A DNA stretch of 63,341 bases, the filler included, from Octopus bimaculoides (lineage: Eukaryota): NCBI RefSeq assembly GCF_001194135.2. It is 8 parts of 7 records of this genome, joined end to end, with 100 filler letters (N's around TTAATTAATTAA, not from the genome) between each part and the next. Parts side by side here need not be neighbours in the genome. Positions count along the whole stretch, not along the records: positions 50,863 to 59,113 come from NC_068982.1; positions 59,214 to 60,834 come from NW_026315788.1; positions 60,935 to 63,341 come from NC_068987.1; 5 more parts are not named here. One strand, 5' to 3'. The translations under genes were made by a program, and so were the position numbers. Of the stretch, positions 54,386 through 63,341 are shown piece by piece; within the stretch, counting starts at the first letter, position 1, and every line of letters begins with the position of its first letter. Below the pieces are notes generated by a model, which was given only the letters and a program-made list of their open reading frames with translations, had not been told where the DNA came from and did no database searches.

Positions 54386-54395
54386 ACTTATAATT

Positions 54396-54774
54396 CTTTT
54401 ACTTGTTTCAGTCATTTGACTGCGGCCATGCTGGAGCACTGCCTTTAGTCGAGCAAATCGACCCCAGGGCTTATTCTTTGTAAGCCTAGTACTTATTCTA
54501 TAGGTCTCTTTTGCCGAACCGCTAAGTTACGGGGACGTAAACACACCAGCATCGTGCAAGCGATGTTGGGGGGAAAAAACACAGACACACAAACATATAC
54601 ACACACATATATATATATATATATATACATATATACAACGGGCTTCTTTCAGTTTCCGTCTACCAAATCCACTCACAAGGCTTTGGTCGGCCCGAAGCTA
54701 TAGTAGAAGACACTTGCCCAAGGTTCCACGCAGTGTGAATGAACCCGGAATCATGTGGTTGGTAAGCAAGCTAC
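54396..54774 (-). mobile_element. SINE family A copy lacking the first ~25 nt
   Basis: Reverse-complement match. Partial A copies also lie at ~7154-7305, 15571-15686, 18131-18220, 41240-41490 and 60955-61112. Confidence 0.9.
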
Positions 54775-56560
54775 TTTATTTCATTTTATTTGCCATAAAG
54801 GCAGTATACAGACTAGTTGCGGACTGGACAACGCATTAATAAATGAAAATTAAATGAAATAAAATGAATAAATGAGAGACGAAACCCAACGCCCACCGAT
54901 TGGGTTTTTCACGAAAACATATTTTCTTTTTTTAAAAATCAATATGAGGTTTCAAACTTCTTAAAAAAGGAGGCACTAAAACCTCTTACTTAACATGTTT
55001 TTTTTAAACACAATTAATTTTTTAAACCACTATAAATAATGCAATAAGATGCGGTTCAAACCCTCTTAACGAGGCTTTTTCACCTCCTATTCATCGATAT
55101 CTATCATTATCTTCAGTGCCACTTGAGTTCCCGTACCATTTCCCATGCCTCATTCATGTACGAAGCATATGTCATGTTAGAGCCAACCGGCCATATGCGA
55201 CATTCCTCTTTAAGTCTTTTAAGCTTTTCCCACACGGAAAGCCTTATGACCTCTACAGCTATCTGCGGAGGCCATTCGGGATCCCGTGTGCAGGCCATAT
55301 CTACTGTCTCTTTACGTTCTTCTACTATTTTTCCACCTCCCCACCCTTGTAGAAAAAGATAAGTAATTCTTCATCTTCAGGGGTGGGGTCCTTTCTTTTA
55401 CCGTGGGTGGCACAACTTCGGGACATGCAGACAGCACATCATCGTCCACCTGCAATGACCCGTTCTTCTTTCTTTTTTTCTTCATTTTCTTCCTGACTTC
55501 AGGAGAGTGAAGCTCTTCCGCTTTGTCCGGAGTCTCTCCCCCACCTCCCGAAACCTTTGGGGCCTTTGGCGGGCAACCATTGTTGCCCGCTTTCTTCCTT
55601 TTTAATCCTTTTTGGGTTGCTGAAGCCTCCTCAACCACATCCACCTCTCCCTTTGAGGAGGTGGCTTCCAGTGACTGTTCCAGGACCTTACCATGGTCCT
55701 GGGGGCAGTTCTTTTTAATGTGGCCTGGCTCCAGGCACGAGTGACACTTGGTGGGGCGTCCCTCATGTTTCACCGGATACCTGCAGCCAGCCATTTTAAA
55801 AGAATCTGGAAAAACCAGATCTGTTGCGGCTGATGGGGTCCACAGGGTCAAAATCGCTTTTGACCCTACTCAATCGACCGCCGGCAATACCCTTACATAT
55901 CGGCTATCCCCCAGGTCCCGTCGGATGGTATCTTCAATCCAACCCGACTCGGTGCCTGGGGGTAATCCACATACCCAGGGTTTTATTAATTTCCTCCCGC
56001 AGTACGACGGGAGGAACAGAATTTCGTTGCCCTCCAAGGGCTGGCTCACAAAATTGCGAGCCTACTCCGGGGTGTCAAACAGCAACCATACGGTTGCATG
56101 CTTGACACCGCTGGATATGTATTTCACAGAGGACAAATAGTCTTTCAGTTCTTTTTCTATAGTTGGTTTTGGGAAGACGGTGATGGTATCAAGAACTTTA
56201 GAGTAAGTTCTAACCACCACCATCCTCTCCTCCATATTTTTTAACCACTGCTTGGGGAGGATAATTTCCCATTCCAAAGCAGTAGTCTTCTCTTTTAATT
56301 ATTTTCCTGCCATAACTAAATGTTCAAATAGGAAATATTTGTTAAAAAAAAATGTCTCAAAATGATGACAGTTCAGATAAAAAAGAAATAGTTCAATAAA
56401 CGAAACAGAAACAGTTAAAAAAAAAAGGAGGGAGAGGAAAACAAGGAAAACAGTTCAAGGAAAAAGTAAAAAAGGAGAATTTTTTTTAAAAAGGCAAAAC
56501 ACAGAATCCTCGGCAGGAACAAAATAGGCTACACCGTACTCCAGCCCTGGCTTGAACTGG
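54775..56560 (-). mobile_element. ORF1(gag)-only non-LTR retroelement (L1/Tx1-like ORF1p with CCHC knuckle); 5' limit uncertain
   Basis: Contains the ORF1 pseudogene below, then about 340 nt of non-coding 3' region ending ...ggcAAATAAAATGAAATAAA at the SINE junction. No EN or RT motifs lie between ORF1 and this end. Confidence 0.65.
55312..56313 (-). pseudogene. Gag-like ORF1p: N-terminal RRM-like region, zinc knuckle CHSCLEPGHIKKNC and basic tail
   Basis: One frame from ATG 56313 to stop 55312 (334 codons) with three in-frame stops: codon 5, 56062-56064 and near 55870. A frameshifted continuation probably runs to 55113 (ACTRDPEWPPQIAVEVIRLSVWEKLK...). Confidence 0.8.
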
Positions 56561-57111
56561 TACTCCGTTGCAGTCAAATAAACACACAATAGTCCTGGTC
56601 CGTAATCCAGCGACCGAAATGAGAATAAAAATCTTTAGATGGTTTCTGCTTGCTGAACTTGCTTATTTCATAGAAACGACCACCAGCAGCCAGCCACACA
56701 CACTATGCCTGGAACAGGTAACAATTCAATCAAATTTTCAAATTTTCAGCACAGCCAAGCGCAAGCGAAATGCCCCAGAGCTGGGCAGAATATACTGTAA
56801 AAANNNNNNNNNNATTAAGTGATCAAGTGCTTTATTTCAAACCAAAATAAGTAACATGGACATTAGATTTGAGCGAAAACCGTTGAAATTGATTTGGCTG
56901 AAAATGGTTTGCTGGCAATTTGATTGGGAAATCCCATAAGGAATCAGTTTATTGGTTATTTCCACTCATTGACTGTTTTTGTTAAAGTTGCATTAGAGAT
57001 CTGCATAGGAAAAGGTTGATCTGAAGGTTTGCATTGGGGATGTGAATTGGAGTAACTTAGGAAAACTTACCAACAGCCTTAACCAAAAATAAGGGGCCTG
57101 TCCCTTCTAGG

Positions 57112-57248
57112 TTAACTCTAATCCTAAATCCTAACCCTGACCCTAAAACCGTAACCCTAACACTAACCCTAATCCTAACCCTAACCCTAACACTAGCCTT
57201 AACCCTAATCCTAACCCTAACCCTAAAACCCTAACCGTAACACCCTAG
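57112..57248 (+). repeat. Degenerate interstitial telomeric-type repeat (CCCTAA)n, about 22 units
   Basis: ccctaaccctaacactaaccctaatcctaaccctaaccctaa... with variant units CCTAAT, CACTAA and CCGTAA. Confidence 0.85.
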
Positions 57249-58300
57249 TGGAAATCGTCCGGGTGTTAATCTGAAAAGTTACCAAACCCTTTTTGTGGTC
57301 AGAAAAACGGGTTGGTGGGGTTGACAAATTGTTACATTCTTGTTTCATAGTTGTTGTGAAATATAAACAAAACTATTTCGCTCCCAAAGTAGTATATGTG
57401 CGTGTGTGTGAGAGTGAGAGGTGGGAGAAAGATGAACGATTTAAAACAAATAAATGATTTAAAATAAATATATTTGAATATAGTGTCTTTCAAAAACATC
57501 GTATATTTTAAACTATATCTCATGTTTAAGAAAAAAGAATGCCTTTTACATTTTACACTTACTCTGTCTTAGCTACATTTTCATTCCTAATACGCTTTCT
57601 GCCTCCCTTTCCACTTTTTCGTTCTTCTGTTTTTTTTTTGTTTTTTTTTAGACGCTAGCAAAGTAAACTCTGTCTTGCTTAGNNNNNNNNNNNNNNNNNN
57701 NNNNNNNNNNNNNNNNNNNNNNNNNNNNNNNNNNNNNNNNNNNNNNNNNNNNNNNNNNNNNNNNNNNNNNNNNNNNNNNNNNNNNNNNNNNNNNNNNNNN
57801 NNNNNNNNNNNNNNNNNNNNNNNNNNNNNNNNNNNNNNNNNNNNNNNNNNNNNNNNNNNNNNNNNNNNNNNNNNNNNNNNNNNNNNNNNNNNNNNNNNNN
57901 NNNNNNNNNNNNNNNNNNNNNNNNNNNNNNNNNNNNNNNNNNNNNNNNNNNNNNNNNNNNNNNNNNNNNNNNNNNNNNNNNNNNNNNNNNNNNNNNNNNN
58001 NNNNNNNNNNNNNNNNNNNNNNNNNNNNNNNNNNNNNNNNNNNNNNNNNNNNNNNNNNNNNNNNNNNNNNNNNNNNNNNNNNNNNNNNNNNNNNNNNNAA
58101 ATTGGTAAAAGTTTATCGAATTTTACAGGTATACGCGGGTACCTCTGAGAGAGAAAGTTCACTAAAATGCACATAGGGTCATTCCGAATCTTTTCCTAAA
58201 ATTGGAGCGACATGCGTGCTAATTTGTGGACGTGCATAAACCACATTCACGTACACACACACACAAACATCCTCTCTTTTATAGATATTGATTAAAAATT

Positions 58301-58379
<79 letters not shown>

Positions 58380-58842
58380 ATACACAACAAAACAAAGTAA
58401 ACAGCGAAAAAGATATAACGAGAGAAAATTATAAAATATTTGTAAAACCTATCAGCAAATATGAGCAAAAAAGGTGCTAAATTAAAATTATGGAAATTTT
58501 TATTGCTTTATCTATTTCTTTATTTATTTATTTATTGCCTGCCTACAAAAAACTTATATCAATAAAATATGTCATAAAGGTGCATTTGTCTATATACATA
58601 CATATATAAAACACATATATTTTGTATATATCAATATGCATACATATATGCATATGTGTGTGTACATATATTATATATACATATATACACATAAACATAT
58701 TTATAAATACATTTATGAATATCTCAATAATGAATGTGTTGTCGTAGGTATAAGCAGTGTGGGATGACAAACAGCCCCGCATATCTTCACATACAAACAT
58801 TTACTTATCATTCATTCCCAGACACAGATATACACATAAGCA

Positions 58843-58880
<38 letters not shown>

Positions 58881-58934
58881 TATGTGTGTGAATATGTGGG
58901 TATGTGTTTGCATGTGTGTTTAGAGAGATAGAGG

Positions 58935-59046
<112 letters not shown>

Positions 59047-59289
59047 GGTAGGTAGGTAGGTAGGTAGGTAGGTACGTACGTACGTACTTACGTATACAGA
59101 TGTATATATATATNNNNNNNNNNNNNNNNNNNNNNNNNNNNNNNNNNNNNNNNNNNNTTAATTAATTAANNNNNNNNNNNNNNNNNNNNNNNNNNNNNNN
59201 NNNNNNNNNNNNNACAAACAAAAACGCTATGAAAAAAAAACCCCGTTGAATAAAGGGAAATTACTCTAATAGGCACGGAGAAAGTAAAA

Positions 59290-60110
59290 CTTCATTCATA
59301 AATTCCGCATAGTAGAACTAAAACTAATTTTTAATTTGTGCCTATTAAAGAGCTTTCTATAATTATGATTGATTGGAAAATGCCTACCTATAAGTGATAA
59401 GAAATATCTACCTATATTAAGGGTCACTTCGGAGGAGTAAGGTGGTGTGAACCAGATAATTTCCCTATTACTATTTTTCCTTTTCTTTTAGAGCTTTATT
59501 ATATATTGGGCAACACTATTAAAAACGTTTATATTGGAGGAGAGGTTAGACATTCTCTTACTAATGCTTTTAACTAAATTCTTAAATACTATGGGGGGAT
59601 GGCAGGAACCTACATTAATATAGCTAAGTCTATCGTTGAGCTTTCTAAATTCAAGAAATTGACAACCGTTAGGTTGGTAAGGACATTATCCAAATGATGA
59701 AAACATTCGATCTTAGCATAACAATAGATGCCAACCTAGTTATAACTAAACCGATCTTGCGTTGGTCCATTAGTGCTTGTAGTTAAAGCCAGAGCATCAT
59801 ATTTGCAAATAGCGAAATATATACCAGGAAAAGTTTTACCCAACGTATCGAGTAGGAATAGCCCTATGAAATCGCATATGCCTGCTCCATCATATGACCC
59901 CCATGCTCACATCGAAAGCACCCTCTGTATCGGCTGCCTTAACCCACTCTGCGTTCTCACTGAAGAGTAAAGTTTTTCTGACATGGAAGATTATGTCCTT
60001 ATCTTGTGTACTAATTTCTATAAATTCGCTTGCGAAGGTGAGGGCATTATCAAGCAGTTCCTTAGAGATAGAAGCGTAGAAATCTCCAATACCAAAGAAC
60101 GATGACATAT
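59290..60110 (-). mobile_element. Second Penelope-like element fossil (MGSYDGAE/IIWFNPP type)
   Basis: DFYASISKELLDNAL, IIFHVRKTLLFS..WVK, FDVSMGSYDGAGICDFIGLF, TNLTVVNFL, YINVGSCHPP, SISKRMSNLSSN and IIWFTPPYS..NIGRYFLSLIGRHFP..YRKLFNR..LKISFS. Confidence 0.85.
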
Positions 60111-61266
60111 TAAGTGTGGAATAAAGGATTTTGTTTCATTGTTTCATTGTTTAATAAATAAGGAAGCAATTCTTCTCCCTTCAAGAGAATATCCACCTTT
60201 CATTCTCTTACTCTGTGAGCAGTAGCAGGAGTCCCCAGTAAAAATCACAAGTTTTCTTGCTTTATTATTCCTGATGGTTCTTATTCTTCTCTACTCTAGG
60301 CACATGGCCCGAAATTTTTGGGGAGGGGCCAACCTCGTGCGCAACTGGTACTTAGTTTATCGACCCCCAAAAGGCAAAGTCGACCTCGGCAGAATTTGAA
60401 CTCAGAACGTAAAGCGAGACGAAATACCGGTAAGCATTTCGCCCGGCGTGCTCATGTATCTGCCAGCTCGTCGCCTTTTTGTCTATCCTCTATTATCGAC
60501 TAAACTATCTCATGAATCATCTTCAATTTAATTGTGATAAATATACTTAAATAATTCATTTTGAAGTTATGAGGACTGGCAAAGACTTCAGTAGCATGTC
60601 TAACCGAAAGATAGATTTTCATTTTCAAAAGGGATTAGTAGAAAAATTAGAATGAAAAAAAAAAAAAATTAAAATGTCTTTACTAATATTTCCACAAAAA
60701 GTGTATAAAAATCTGGAGTAAATAAAAATAAACTTGTATCGATGTGAAATAATTATGATGAATTTTTTAAAAAATGCTTTAAAAAAGTTCTTGAAACAAA
60801 ATGCCAGACACTTAAATATAACTACGTGGTTGTTNNNNNNNNNNNNNNNNNNNNNNNNNNNNNNNNNNNNNNNNNNNNTTAATTAATTAANNNNNNNNNN
60901 NNNNNNNNNNNNNNNNNNNNNNNNNNNNNNNNNNTATATATATATATATATGTGACAGATTTCTTATAGTTTTTGTCTATCAAATCCATTGACAATGTCT
61001 TTGGTCATATCAGGGTCACAAAGAAGACACTTACCTGAGCTGCCATGCAGTGGGACTGAACCCAGACCATAACTCTTCTGTGAGCTTGTTAAATACACAG
61101 CCATGCCAGCACCTATATTTAATTAAAAAAAAAGATAGGCAAACATAACTATAAATTCATTTATTACAGTGCACCTTGAGCCGTATTGAACAAGGTTTAA
61201 AACAAGAAACCAACAGACTGAAGTGAAATATTTCAAGATTAAATAATCCAGAGATATCATCTAGAT

Positions 61267-61596
61267 CAGGGATTCTTAACCATTTTTTATTTATGGACTC
61301 CTTTGATTACTATTTTATTCTGGTGATGTTTAAAAACTAGTTTTATAGAAACTTCTTTCAAATTTTTATTTTGTTTTTCACGCATTAACCTGTGTAGGTT
61401 GAACTAAGTAAAATGTTAGAGAATGAAGCCTAGTTGTTTCATGCAATACATACCAATACATACATCTAAAGCTAATTTTTTTTTTAGGAGCCCTTAAAAT
61501 ACTATGTTGATCTCCAATTTACTATTTTGTTATGTGAACCCCAAAAATCTTATATGGACCCCTAGGGGCCATATGGATCCCAGCTGAGAACCACTG
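61267..61596. mobile_element. hAT/Charlie-type MITE
   Basis: TIRs CAGGGATTCTTAAC ... GCTGAGAACCACTG with a perfect 8-bp TSD ATCTAGAT on both sides (the NTCTAGAN target typical of Charlie elements). Confidence 0.88.
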
Positions 61597-62424
61597 ATCT
61601 AGATGAAAAACAGTAAGTTCTGGAGGTAAGGATGCTTTATTTTTCCAAAATAAGTCTTGAAAATTTACTATGTTCTAAGAAGACAAGTGGTCAGTTGGAT
61701 GTATGTGTCACTAAGTCATTAACAGCCACTCAGAACTGGTCAGTCTCGCACTGCCATTGCTGAGGCATTACTGACTTGATTGCCTCTCCCTTGGTGTGTT
61801 CAGCCTCACCTTTTTTGCTCCATGCACAAACCATTATGCCCAATCTTTCACCCACATCAGCCATCTGGAATCAGTTCCTCTACTCACATCTGTTATTGCA
61901 GCAACAGTTTAAATGGGACATTATCAGTTGCAAAGGGTTCCCATGTGTCATGAGCTCTGCCCCTTCCTATGGGCATAGTAAGTATTGTTTAAGGGCTGGT
62001 TGCTGGGTTTCTATGGTGTATAAGTGACCGAAATCACAGCATTCTCCTTGAACAAGATGCCAGTCCTTTGCAAAGTCACTCATTTACAGTGGAGTGAACA
62101 GAAGCAATGTGAAATAAAGTGTTTTGCTCATAAACACAATGTGCTGCCTGCTTTGAGAATTGAAACATTGATATCATAATCATGAGTGGAATACCCTTAC
62201 CACTAGGTCGCATGCCTTCACTCTAGACATGGCAAATAAAAACAAAAGAAGCTCATCTACATATAGTGGGTGAAAATCATGAAACCTTGTATTCCTGTTT
62301 ATCTTCTTTTTTGTTTTTTTTTTTGTTTTTAAGAATCTCTAATCAAAACTGAGGAGTATCATCAAGGTCAGAATGACCTCATTGTTGGAGAATATGTTAA
62401 GTTGGTGATAACATGTATATATAA

Positions 62425-62456
62425 CTAGCTGACCATGTGCCATCAATAATGACGGC
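62425..62456 (-). mobile_element. Helitron-type 3' terminus
   Basis: Minus strand reads GCCGTC-attatt-GATGGC hairpin, spacer, CTAG|T. Confidence 0.45.
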
Positions 62457-62796
62457 TAATTGTAGCATTTTATATATAAATGAGGTACAAAATAAGGTAC
62501 ATAATACTCACGCATACAAACATTCTCATACTTCCCTTGCACATGCATACACATACACATATATACTCACACAGAGTTGAAACACTGATTTTTTTTTTCA
62601 CCCCTTCCTTCCTTATTCATCTATTACCCCTTCCTTTCTCTCATTGCTGTAACTTTCTCTCTCACTTCCTCTCAGTCAGGGCTATTACTCTCACTACTTC
62701 TTCTTCACCAGTTTCTCTCCTCCTCTGCATCTGGTGTGATTATAGACAAATATATATGTATGTATATATATATATATATATATATAATAAATAAAT

Positions 62797-63043
62797 GCAC
62801 CCTTTTAAAGCCTAGCCAGGCTCATGGGCCCGGTTTCCCGGCTTCAATGGCATATGTGTTCCCCAGCTGGACGGGACGCCAGTCCACCGCAGCACTACTC
62901 ATTTTTGCCAGCTGAGTGGACTGGAGCAACGTGAAATGAAGTGTTTTGCTCAAGAAAAAATCACGTCGCCCGGTCCAGGAATCAAAACCACAATCTTACG
63001 ATCATGAGGCTGACACCCTAACTACTAAGCCACGTGCCGCCAC
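62797..63043 (-). mobile_element. SINE family D (tRNA head, V-domain-like core); older copies at 62030-62222 and 4746-4897
   Basis: Reverse complement gtggcggcacgTGGCTTAGTAGttaggg...GGTTTTGATTCCtggacc...ttgagcaaaacacttcatttcacgttgctccagtccactcagctggcaaaaatgagtag...ggactggcgtcccgtccag. Confidence 0.82.
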
Positions 63044-63046
63044 ATA

Positions 63047-63341
63047 TCATCATCGTTTAACGTCCGCTTTCCATGCTAGCATGGGTTGGACGATTTGACT
63101 GAGGACTGGTGAAACCGGATGGCAACACCAAGCTCCAATCCAATTTGGCAGAGTTTCTACAGCTTGATGCCCTTCCTAACGCCAACCACTCAGAGAGTGT
63201 AGTGGGTGCTTTTACGTGTCACCCGCACGAAAACGGCCACGCTCGAAGTGGTGTCTTTTATGTGCCACCCGCACAAGAGCCAGTCCAGGGGCACTGGCAA
63301 CGATCTCGCTCGAAAACCCTACAAAGGCCAGTCAGGCGGTA
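63047..63341 (-). mobile_element. RTE LINE 3' end running off the window
   Basis: Reverse complement ends ...cgtccaacccatgctagcatggaaagcggacgttaaacg(atg)n, the same tail as 25270-25325. Confidence 0.85.

Overview
Eukaryotic, AT-rich, microsatellite-dense genomic DNA. The SINE, LINE and microsatellite content points to an octopod cephalopod such as Octopus (inferred, not confirmed by search). The window is not one contiguous contig. Seven artificial 100-nt joins (44 N + TTAATTAATTAA + 44 N) split it into eight segments, so adjacency across those joins is unproven. The only host gene I can firmly support is the 5' part of a Hippo/MST1-2 (STK3/STK4-family) kinase on the + strand. It has three canonical exons at 31608-31685, 32213-32393 and 33219-33281, plus two candidate upstream exons at 14148-14182 and 27900-27941. 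I did not find the rest of the kinase domain in the window. Everything else I recognise is transposon-derived or simple repeat. This includes four tRNA-derived SINE families, here called A-D. At 19.4-25.3 kb, CR1, Penelope, HERO, Helitron and RTE fossils abut one another. There are also L2/CR1-group, R4/Dong and second Penelope fragments, Tc1, mariner and hAT remnants, a hAT MITE and a Mutator-like foldback, both with perfect TSDs, and a degenerate (CCCTAA)n tract. The most interesting items are an ORF1(gag)-only retroelement lying about 0.8 kb from telomeric-type repeats, the divergent Hippo kinase with a possible extra N-terminal exon, a CR1 3' tail shared with the dominant SINE, and nested inverted repeats that could form dsRNA. 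I found no clearly novel multi-gene system. Nearly all long ORFs in the supplied track are microsatellite or N artefacts.
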